64,000 nucleotides of DNA from Salpingoeca rosetta (lineage: Eukaryota; Protista; Choanoflagellata), in NCBI GenBank assembly GCA_033442325.1, contig JAWQFM010000009.1, positions 1,467,672 to 1,531,671 on the forward strand, in the 5' to 3' direction. Shown here piece by piece: positions 39,871 through 62,711 of this stretch. The first letter of the stretch is position 1; every line of letters begins with the position of its first letter. The notes beneath the pieces were generated by a model, which made no database searches, had not been told where the DNA came from, and saw nothing but the letters and a program-made list of their open reading frames with translations. A program made the position numbers and the translations under genes.

Positions 39871-42012
39871 GCGTCGAGGGTGAGCAACCAAACTGCCAAC
39901 AAAAGAGGAGCAACCAGCACCAGTTTGCGCGTGTGTATGTGCGCGCGCTTACCTCGTCCTTCGCCTTTGCGCTCTCCTCGGACATGCTCTGGAGTTCCTT
40001 CTGTCAGCGTCCAGACGTAGAAGAAAAGGCACACGTGCCGTGTATGTGCACACAATGGCAACCATTCGCGGGTCAGTTATGCTTGTATGTGCAATGGAGC
40101 AACACAAAGCCCAGCAAGCGCACAGCCCATCATGTGTGTGTGTGTGTGTACCTGCGTGCGGCCTGCGTCCTCTGAGAGCGTGGCCTCATACTGCTCCACT
40201 TTGCCCTCCAGATCCGTAATTGCTGACGCCTCCTTCGCCACCCGCTTCAGCTCACTGTTAAGCCGTTTCGTCTGCACACGCAGCAGTGCGTAGAGACAAA
40301 TGCGTGAGTGTGTACGCGCGCGTATGTGTGCAAAAGCAATCGTGCAGGGTGTGAGAAGCATAGCAGCGGGCGCCCGCAGGACAGTAGTCGCGTGCAGGTA
40401 TACGTACGCACATAGACAGACAGACAGACAGACAGAAACACAGACAGACAGAAACACACACAGACAGACAGACAGTCTCCGCCAACGCCCGACCTTTGAG
40501 TCGTAGTAGCCGACAACAAGGAGGAGCAGAACGCTGACGCCGACGGCACCAACGGTGATGATGTACGACAGGCGTCTGAACCAATAGCAATCAGCCATGT
40601 ACACAGGCAGAGTGGCAGTTGTCAACTTGTGCTTGACACGCGCCCGCAGACCCAGAAATAGACAAGCAAACTGACAACCAGACATACACACACACACACA
40701 CCACCACCACCACCACCACCACCACACACACCACCACCACCACCACCACCACCGACACTGCAAGTCATGAGCAGGTGCCGCACGTGTTGTCTGGGCCCGG
40801 GCCAAAGAGGACGGCGTCGAGACTGCGCAGCTTGAGGCGCTGGCGATCCTCCTTGCTGCCGCACAGCTTCTCGATCGTGTCGTGGCTCACAGCAAGGTGC
40901 GCAAGGTCCTGTCATGTCACGTGTCGCGTGCAGCAGCGAATGAGAGGCGAGTTGTGAAGTACGGCACGGAATTGAGGAAGGAAGACGCCATGCAAGCACG
41001 GCAGACAACGTTAACCACACACACACACACACCTTGCCCGTGAGCTTATACTTGAGGACGCTGTCAACGCAGCTGTCAAGCTCAAGGCCGCGCACCCACT
41101 CTGCAACTTGGTCTGTTGTCCATTGGCGGATGGGGTTGCTCCTCCACTCCGTCAGCAGCTCGCCCTCGTCGCGCTCATCATCGCCCTAGCAGTTGGCAAT
41201 TGAGAGGGGACGAGGGGGGCGGGTGAGGTCAGCCATGGGTTCTCCAGCGCCTGCGCCACAACACAGTACTACACTTCCCCATGTTCTCACCGCAACACAC
41301 TTCCTCCACCCTGCCCTTGCGCATAGCACTTTCGCAGGATTGCATCCGAATTTCAAACCTTGTGAAACTCCTCGACAGTGTGATGCGTGCCCATGAGCTC
41401 CTTGTTGATCACCTGCACACATTGTCAACCATCATACATGGCATATACTTGTCAGGCCACGAGTCAAGTGTCACAGAGACGGGATCAAGGAGAACACGAT
41501 CTTAATTGGCTGCTCCCTTGCGATTTCTCTCCCCCTACTTTATCCGCAATACTCGCACACAGCTGAACCCGAACCAGCTGCCATGCAAACCAAGGAGCCA
41601 CGCACATCCTGGGTTTCGCGGATGGTGATGCTGCCATCCTTGTCATCGTCCACCAGATCCATGAGCCGGTGGATCCACGACTCTTCTTGCTCCGATTGAC
41701 CTGCGATCCAAACCATACGCACGCGAGAAGAACACAGACCATGTATTGATATGAACACACAACACGGTTGGCCACGTCACACACTCACGCAAACACTCAC
41801 CACCCCCACCAGTCTTACTCCGTTCTGCTTCTCCCCATGAAATCGCGCTTCCACCCCCCCCCCCCCTGTCCATGTTCGTACACACAACACAAGCATGTGT
41901 GCGCACCTTTGGGCGCCCCATTGCCCGCATCCACCTGTGCTGTTCCAAGCAACAATGCGATGAACACCAGCACCAGCACCAGCACCCACATCGTCCTCCT
42001 TGCACGCAACAT
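38660..42012 (-). CDS. STIM: Stromal interaction molecule (ER Ca2+ sensor): signal peptide, EF-hand, SAM, TM helix, coiled coil, CAD/SOAR
   Basis: Signal MWVLVLVLVFIALLLGTAQVDA (ATG at 41991 or 42012); canonical EF loop DDDKDGSITIRE (~41615-41650); SAM WRSNPIRQWTTDQVAEWV..RQRLKLRSLDAVLFGP, resembling STIM1 RQKLQLKALDTVLFGP; TM YIITVGAVGVSVLLLLVVGYY; CAD-like AEKLDAQRRSVFGVLRLANS..KERSERWTRLQKAVGFRLV. Confidence 0.9.
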
Positions 42013-42217
42013 GTTCCTCCACAGCACTCAACAAAGACTTGACTCGTTTCTGCACAACCGAAAATGACCTGAAAGCATTACCATTTTTCTGTTGCCAGCA
42101 ACAGCCACGAAGGCCACCAAACACACACGGATACACGGATACACAGCAACCAACCAGAGAAAGTAAAGGCAGCCGCCAGCCAGTGACCACCGCCACGCTA
42201 CAGCCACACCGCCAGCA
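41992..42217. promoter_or_regulatory. Putative bidirectional promoter between STIM and RUVBL1
   Basis: Divergent ATGs about 205-226 bp apart. Confidence 0.6.
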
Positions 42218-46229
<4,012 letters not shown>

Positions 46230-46633
46230 CCACCGCACCGCCAGGGTGCTGTGATGCCACTTGATGGTGGATTTGTGTTTCCTTCAAGTAATCGGGTGTT
46301 GTGTTGCTGCCTGTCGCTGGTGTTGTGTCCGTTTGTGTGTGCGGTGTAGTGTCGCAACGTCTGTCGTTTGTTAATTCGTGGCTGAGTGGTTGGAGTCGCT
46401 TGTGTCATGTCAATTCACCACTGCGCTGCACACATGCAAGCGTGGCGGGTTGTGGCTGTTGTTTCTGTTTCGTTTCTGTGCTGTTTGCGTGTGTCTGTGT
46501 GTTTGTGTGGACGTAGGGGACACACAGTGGTGCGCTGAAAAGAAGCGAAGTACTGTTTCATTAAACAGCAAACTTTACGAGACGCTACGAATCAAGACGC
46601 ACACATCCACAGATGCAAACACACGTGCGTGTC

Positions 46634-48327
46634 TCACTGTTGCTGCTGGTGCTCGCCGTCTGCAGCGGCGATGAGCGGCTGTATCGCGCGCTTCAGTGCA
46701 TGAACCACCGGTGTGCTCTCCACACGTGGTTTCACGCGGCCAAACTCGTCATCGTTATCATCACCATCATCGCCAGCATCACCAGCACCACTGGCATCAC
46801 AACCATCACCATCACCATCACCATCATTATCACCATCATTATCACCGGCAGCGCCAAGGTTGTGTTCATTGTCCCCCCTGTGGTGTTCCAGCGTCACCTC
46901 CACCAGCTCTGCTCCAAGCTCGCGTGCCAGCTGCCCAACGCCGTCCCGCCACAGCGCCACTGCCTTTGGCTGCGACAGATACGGCATGAGTGCCACCGTG
47001 TCGGATGTGACGATGATGTGGCGTGGCGTGGTGCGTGGGAGCGGCTTGAACTGGTTGATGATGGTGAGCTGGGATGCCGTCTCGTTGGCGTGCAGCATCT
47101 CCACCGCCACTGCGCGCTGGTGGTCGCCGTGGCACGCAATGTGCTTGGAGTACGTGGTGTTGCCCATTCCTACCGGCACGTGTGCGACACCGCCCATCAG
47201 CGCCAGCCGCGTCCAGCCCATGAACGCGCTCAGCTGCCGCAGCTCCTGTGCCGGCACAACGCTGCCGTACCTGCAGTGGGGGTGCGCGCAGAGGGCGCGG
47301 TGTCGCATGCATGAGATGCAGACGCAGACAGACAGGCACACGCACGTGGCCAGGCAAGAAAAGCGCACAAGAGGACAAGGACACAAAAGGCACAGTAAGG
47401 CACAGTAAGGCACGGTAAGGCAAATACACAACAAGCACACAAACACACGCGCGCGCACTCACGCACGCACAACTCGCACATAGACAAACACACACAGACA
47501 CACAGCCACAGACACACAGACACACGCACGCACGTACAGACACACCAGAATTGGTAAAATGGCGACGGTGGAGCCGTGACGGAAACGCTGTCTGTGAGGA
47601 GGGATTCGTGGACAGGGTTGATCAAGATGATCCCGGCAACATCGTCCTCGTACAGCTGCGAGTAGAATCGGGAGGTCATGGTGGAGAGGCCAAAGGACAC
47701 CAGCGTCACTGGCAAAGAGACGTTTGCCTTGCGCAGCAGCCAGTGAAGGTCTTCCGCAGCCCGCTCCGCCGTGCCCACCTTGTCTCCACGCGGCTTGATC
47801 TCCGACCCCATGTACGCATACGGGTCTGTGGGCGGGTTCATGCGGGTGAACTGGCCAGAGTGGCCGAGCCCCGCGCGGTCATAGATGCACACGCGAGCAG
47901 TTGGTGCGAGTGCTTCCATCAGAGGACGGTATTCCTCCGCACCCATGCCCACGTCCGCCTCGATCAGAACCGTTGGCCGCCCATCTTTAGTACCCGTCGT
48001 CGGGGTGTCTGTGCACTCCAAGTACAGCTGTGTGCCATAGCCAACAGCGTGGAAGTAAGCGGTGCTGTTCGGCAGCAGCGCCAGTGCTTCGTGCTGCAGG
48101 CCAGCGCTGTTCAGCACAATGGGCAGGAACAGCAAGCCTATGACAAACCCAATCACGTTCAGCCACCCAACCGGCTTTGCTTCATCTCCTGCTTGTTCGC
48201 GTTCTTGTCCCTGTTCGCGTTGTTGCTGTGGCTGTTGGCGTTCCTGTTCGCGTTGTTGCTGTGCCTCCTGCTGCTGTTTCGGCTGGTGCGTGCTGTGGCG
48301 CACGTCAGCATCCTTGTCCTGTGCCAT
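46634..48327 (-). CDS. Membrane-anchored alpha/beta-hydrolase-fold protein (2 exons), probably lacking the catalytic Ser
   Basis: TM WLNVIGFVIGLLFLPIVL; LYLECT..PTVLIEAD; RVCIYDRAGLGHS; AAEDLHWLL; PVTLVSFGLS; DVAGIILINP. Exons ~48327-47546 and 47270-46634. Confidence 0.82.
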
Positions 48328-48567
48328 CGTGGTTGTTGGCGATTCGCGGGTATCTTCAATAAATTTCAAGCCAAACAAACACACAAAAGGAGAGGTGTTG
48401 CTGGTTGCTGGCTGGAGGAGGAAGCAGACGGGCCTTGCTTGCTTGCTTGTTGCGAGTGTCCTTTCTGCACCACTGTTGGTGTGCGTGCCATCACGGAAGA
48501 AGCATAGGGGCAAGTGCTGCTGTACGTCCGTCTTTGGAATACACAAGCATTGTCCGTTGCAGCAGCC
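48328..48567. promoter_or_regulatory. Putative bidirectional promoter between the hydrolase-fold gene and SMCR8
   Basis: Divergent ATGs 240 bp apart. Confidence 0.6.
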
Positions 48568-56984
<8,417 letters not shown>

Positions 56985-57220
56985 CAGCAGCAACAACGCC
57001 TCTGTTGCCCTTTTCTAGTCGGTCTGCTTTTTCCTCTGTAAACGCCTTCTATGCCCACCTGTTTCGTCTCTCTCTTGCTATCTCTCTCTCTTTTTTTTTT
57101 TCTCTCTGTCTCTGTCTCTCTCTTGCTGTATTCGCTGCCGTGCTGCAATGCATGTGTGATGGCTTTGTTTATTGTTGTTCATAACCGATGATGATACGCG
57201 TGCCAAGGAAAGCGCTCTGT

Positions 57221-57255
<35 letters not shown>

Positions 57256-57354
57256 TCGTAACCGGCACAGCCAATGCCACTTGCGCGTCATCATCATCAT
57301 CATCACAGCTGCTCAAAGGGGGCAAAGTCACTGGAGCACACGTGGGTACATCAG

Positions 57355-57388
<34 letters not shown>

Positions 57389-57425
57389 ACAGATACACAG
57401 CAGCAGCCAAGTTGTCCTTTGTTCT

Positions 57426-58661
57426 TCATCTCTCGGGTTTGATGACGCACGCCTGCGTGCCCTTGTTGAATAACTGCAACTCAAGCCCATGCTTGCGCAC
57501 GAGCGCATCAACAGCCGTCTGCACTGCCGCCACCTCATAATCATCCATTGCCAGGGCGCCGCCAGGGGCAAGCACGTTGTAGTAGTGCTCCAGGTCGACA
57601 AACACGTCTGGGTTCGCGTGTGATGCATCAAGGTAGATCAAGTCTGGTCGGAGGCGGTGTGCAATCAGCGCCATGGCTCCGTTTGATGACGCCGTCTGCA
57701 AGGGGATGATGCGGTGCTGCGTGCGCGTGAACAGCACGTTGCTGAGGAAGATGTAGTACATGTGGGAGGCGCCACCAATGTACACGTTCTTGAAGTAGCG
57801 CGTCTGCGTGCCCGTTGCAGCTCCCTCCTTTGTCGGCGCCGACCACACGAAGCGGAGGTCGAGCAGCCACGTGTCGATGGAGATGATGAAGCTCTCCTTG
57901 AGCTCGGGCTTCCTGTCCAAGAGCTGGGCCATCTTGATGGAGGTTGACCCGCGAAAGACGCCCACCTCCACCAGCAGCCGCGGCTTGATCGTGGTGATCA
58001 GGTTCTCAAGCATGCCGAGCTCCAGCGTGCTGCCAAAGATGTCCTCCGGCTTTGTGTCAATCTCCAACAGCTTCAGCATCTCCGGCAGCTTCGGATCTGC
58101 CCAGACGTCTTCGCCGTGCAGCGCTTGCATGGCGGCGTTGTACGACGCCTTCTTGGGCAGCCAGTGGGAGGGAGAGATGTTCATCGTGTAGGTCATGTCC
58201 ACTGTGATGGTGTCCTCAAACATCCGGTCCATGGCGGGGCCAGCGCGAATGTCGAGCTCCGTGCAGTGCTGCTGCGTTGCACCTTCCTCTTCTCCCTGAG
58301 TCTCCGCGAAGTCTGTCGATGCCCGTGGCTCGTCTTCTCGTGTTAGCAATGCTCCCGCGTCTTCGTCACTCCCAAGCACGTCGCGCATCTCGCCTTTGCT
58401 GACGCCTTCGGCCTGGTCCAGGACGGTGAACGGGCACACGGCGCATGGCGGGCACGGGCAGGGCCCGCTCATGAGCATGGCATCGTCGTCCATTGGCCAT
58501 CTTCGTTTCGAGCTCTGCAGATCCTGTGAAGGTTGGGACACAAACACGGCCATCAACAGCGCAGCTGCCACTGCTCCTACCAGCACAAACAGCAGTGCCC
58601 GCACAGGCACCAGCCCCGACGACGACGATGTCGACGTTGCTGCTCCACTTCGTGCAGCCAT
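57426..58661 (-). CDS. Intronless type II membrane class I SAM-dependent methyltransferase (Methyltransf_24-like), ~411 aa
   Basis: Single ORF from MAARSG; TM ALLFVLVGAVAAALLMAVFV; CPCPPCAVCP stem; motif I LLVEVGVFRGSTS; IISIDTW; PDLIYLDASH; LAPGGALAMDDY. Confidence 0.88.
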   Translation of the reverse strand: MAARSGAATSTSSSSGLVPVRALLFVLVGAVAAALLMAVFVSQPSQDLQSSKRRWPMDDDAMLMSGPCPCPPCAVCPFTVLDQAEGVSKGEMRDVLGSDEDAGALLTREDEPRASTDFAETQGEEEGATQQHCTELDIRAGPAMDRMFEDTITVDMTYTMNISPSHWLPKKASYNAAMQALHGEDVWADPKLPEMLKLLEIDTKPEDIFGSTLELGMLENLITTIKPRLLVEVGVFRGSTSIKMAQLLDRKPELKESFIISIDTWLLDLRFVWSAPTKEGAATGTQTRYFKNVYIGGASHMYYIFLSNVLFTRTQHRIIPLQTASSNGAMALIAHRLRPDLIYLDASHANPDVFVDLEHYYNVLAPGGALAMDDYEVAAVQTAVDALVRKHGLELQLFNKGTQACVIKPER

Positions 58662-58852
58662 ATGACGCGTAAGAAGGTGTGTGTGTCGTGTGAGAGACAC
58701 AGATGTGCGAGTTTGCTTTGTGCGAGTTTGCTTTGTGGCGGTTGTTGGCGATTTGATGAAGTTTTCCATCGAGTTTCGACAAACAAACAACGTTGCTGAC
58801 AATCCAAGACAGAGAAGACAGGCAGGCAGGACTCTGAACCCACTCACTGAAC
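58662..58852. promoter_or_regulatory. Putative bidirectional promoter between the methyltransferase and CRYL1
   Basis: Divergent ATGs 191 bp apart; contains a tandem pair of gtgcgagtttgcttt (~58705-58735). Confidence 0.6.
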
Positions 58853-59486
58853 ATGGCGAGCATCAACAAAGCCTGTGTTATTGGCAGTGGCCTGATTGGC
58901 CGCTGCTGGGCCGCGGTGTGTTATTATCCTCTGTGTGTGTGCGTTAGTGTATGTGTGTGTGTGAGTGATTGTGTGGGTGAATGTGTGAGTGAATGTGTGG
59001 GTGAGTGTGGGTGTATATGTATGTGCATGTGTGAGTGCATGTGTGAGTGAATGTGTGGGTGAATGTGTGTGTGTGTGTGAATGTGTGAGCGTACGCGTGT
59101 TTGAACTTATGTGCAAGATACAGGTGTGTTTGATTCATGAACTTGATTTCGAGCAAACGGGTGGTGCCCAACCCACCACTCACGCGGAACGCAACCTTTG
59201 CATGTGCATGGCAGCTCTTTGCTCGGGCGGGGCTGGAGGTGCGCTTGTTCGACATTGACGAGGCACAGGTCACCACAGCCCTGGATGCTATTCGCGACAT
59301 CATCGCCGAGCTCCACGACAACGACCTTCTCCGCGGTGTGTGCTTGTGATGGTGTGTGTGATGATGTGTGTGCATATGAGTGCGTATGAGTGCATGTGTG
59401 CCTGCTGCAACACTCGAAACTCGAAACAGTTGTGCAAAATCTGTAAAACTACAACAACGCACTCACTGCATTGCGAGCCCGGCTAA

Positions 59487-59547
<61 letters not shown>

Positions 59548-60921
59548 GCGTGTGTGCACGACGCTCATCCCAACAGACCAGACGGTGGATGAGGTGTTGC
59601 AGCGTGTGAGCGGCAGCAGCAACCTCGGTGATGCCGTGGGTGATGCAGATTACGTACAGGAGTGCGTGCCAGAAGTGCTGGACATCAAGCGAAAAGTGTT
59701 TGAGCAGGTATGAGGCAAGCTGACACAGTGGGATCAGGGTGCAGGGAAACGGTGTATGCTCGTGTCCCAAGTTTTTGTTTACTTTGATCCTGCATACACA
59801 CACATACACACACACACTTACACACACATCCGCTGGCTCCCCATGAAACTATTCAGCTGGACGAGGTGGTGAAGGACTCGTGCATTCTGGCGAGCAGCAC
59901 CTCGTGCATCGCCCCGTCCAAATTTACACACGAGTGAGTCCGCATCGTGGCTCATACATGTACAATTGGGGAAATGGTGGTGAAGGAACCGGTGCATTGG
60001 TGGTGGTGGTGGTGGTGGGTGGGGGGTAGACATTGAGATGGACGAAAGTCCTTGCCGTTCACGCAATGCTCACGCCGTTCACGCAATGCTCACGCTGCCC
60101 ATCCCCTGTCCACATGAATTTCCAGCCTGAAGCACTCTGCCAACTGCATTGTGGCGCATCCTGTCAACCCACCACACTACATCCCCGTCGTGGAGGTGTG
60201 TGTGTGTGTGCGTAGTATGTGTGTGTGTGCGTGATATGTGTGTGTGTGTGTTGTACACTGGCATGACGGTTGGCACGGTTGTGCATGCTCACAGCTCTCT
60301 GTTCCGTTTCTTCCCTCATTCATGCACTCCCACCCTGCGCATGCGTCACAACGCGGCATCAGGTTGTTCCCGCTCCGTGGACGAGCGAGCTGACTATCGA
60401 GACGACCCGCGCGTTTCAGCTCAGGCTGGGACAGGTGCGTTGTTGGCACGTGCTTGTGCTTGTGCGTGTGCTTTGTGCATCTTGTACATGTGCATATGTG
60501 AGTGCGAAGACCCGTTGACGTTTTCGTGAACGTGTGCCTGAGTTTGCGTACAATGTGAGTCCCAACAAGGCCAGAACACAAGCAAGCGACAGCCATACAT
60601 TGAACAGTTCGGGGTGCACATTGTTTGCACATGCGTTTGCTGACCTGCTGCGATGTCTGTCATGCCCACAGGCGCCGGTTGTGCTGCGAAAGGAAGTGAA
60701 CGGGTTCATCATCAACCGCCTGCAGTATGCGCTGCTCATGGAGGCGTGGCGGCTGGTCGAGGTATGTGTTCAACAAACGAACATGCACATTGTCGATGCT
60801 GTGTGCAAGCTCAACAGAACACAGCAAATGTTACGTTCACACGCCATTACAGGCACACAGACCACATCTCATCACTCTTTATCGTGTGATGATGTGTGCA
60901 TGTGTATGCATGTGTGTGTGA

Positions 60922-61010
<89 letters not shown>

Positions 61011-61280
61011 GCTGGCACCGTTTTGCGACTCGGCCTGCCACTGTCGCGCCTCACCCGCTGCATCGCATCGACGTGCCATTCGCGCAGGATGGGGTGGCAA
61101 CGCCGCAAGACGTGGACACGGCTGTGTCGCAGGGGCTTGGACTTCGGTGGTCGTTCATGGGACCGTTTGAAACCATTGATCTCAATGCGCCGGGCGGTGT
61201 TGTTGACTACTGCAACCGCTACGGCGACACCATCTCGGCCGTCTGCAGGTGGTGGGGGGGGGTTGCGTGTCGCATGCATT

Positions 61281-61370
<90 letters not shown>

Positions 61371-61838
61371 ATGCGTGTGTGTGTGCATGTTTGCATGTGT
61401 ACACGTCTGCGTTTCATCAGCCCTACCTGTTTGTGCTGCATCTTTCAATCACTCACGCTGGGGCCATCCACGGCATCCATCGCGCCAATCGCAACAGAGA
61501 ACAAGAGGACACGCGCGCCATGAAGGGAACAGCGACAGCAGCAACTGTTCACGCCGCAATGCGCCAGGATGTGCCGGAGGACCAGCTGAAGGTGTGCGTG
61601 CATGTGTGTGTGTTTGTGCATGCGCATGTGTGTGCGTGTGTGTGTTCGTGGGAACAAGCCTTACCCTTCGTCCATGCGCCTGCATTGCTGATACGGCAAC
61701 GCGCCTTCCTTTTGTGTGCGTGCGTATGTGTTAATCGTGATACAGAGCGGTGCGCGTCGCGCGTGGAGGGATCGACGGCTGGCCGCACTCGCTGTGCACA
61801 AGCACAAGCAGGCACAGGTCTGTACAACACAGCAGTGT

Positions 61839-61872
<34 letters not shown>

Positions 61873-62040
61873 CTCACGGACAAGCACCCAGCTTCGTGCA
61901 CAGCCATATCGAGTCACACCCCTTTCTACCTGTCTGCGTGCATGTGTCAATCTCTGTTCGCTGCTTCACTTGTCTTCCTCAATCTCCTTTGCCGCCACAT
62001 GATCTGCACACAGGTGGAACAGGCTGTCGACGACAAGTGA
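58853..62040 (+). CDS. CRYL1: Lambda-crystallin / L-gulonate 3-dehydrogenase (3-hydroxyacyl-CoA dehydrogenase family)
   Basis: CVIGSGLIGRCWA; YVQECVPE; ILASSTSCI; CIVAHPVNPPHYIPVVE; GFIINRLQYALLMEAWRLV; GLGLRWSFMGPFETIDLNA; RRAWRDRRLAALA; last exon VEQAVDDK, stop at 62040. Confidence 0.93.
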
Positions 62041-62711
62041 ACAGTGATATGGACACGACCACTTCGCGCTTGTTTGCGCTTGTTTCCTCATCCGCTCTCT
62101 TCCCCCCCCCACCCCCGGTTCTTTCGTTGGCCAGTCGTTGAGAAAGGGAGTTGTTACATTCCATTACATTCCCACGCATCACCATCATCTGCCTGTCATT
62201 GCTGCTTCAACCATTACGCGCACCGTGGCATCTCTCCCAGTATGCACCACTGCACCCTCCACTTCTTGGTGTGAGTGAATGAAACCGTACACAGAGATAA
62301 CATGGACGAGTCGTCAAGTCAACCCTAATGAAACAAGTCAACTTTTTGACACCTGGATCATCCATGACTGTTCGTTTACTCATCTTATGATGAATGAAGA
62401 GAGAGTAAAGGTAACGGGACAATGACAACAACAATACCTGGCCAGTGCCAACCTTTGACATTTAACCGCAAACTTACCCACACGTACACACACATACACG
62501 GATGCATGCATGCAAACGGGAACAATAACAATACAGCAATCGCAACACCACGTAGCACGCATCTACATGAAGCGGGAAAATGCCCAACTCCAACCAAAAC
62601 CCCCAGCAATACTCAAGCCACAATGTCCACATATCACCTCCATGGCACATGCCACTCTCCATGCGCACATGTCACTGTCCATGTGCACGTGCCAGTGTCC
62701 GTGTGCAGCCC

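Noticed and set aside
58662-58847. N-terminal extension of the methyltransferase ORF with a signal-like peptide
   Set aside because: It begins at a non-ATG codon 6 bp from the CRYL1 start; the ATG at 58661 gives a normal type II topology.
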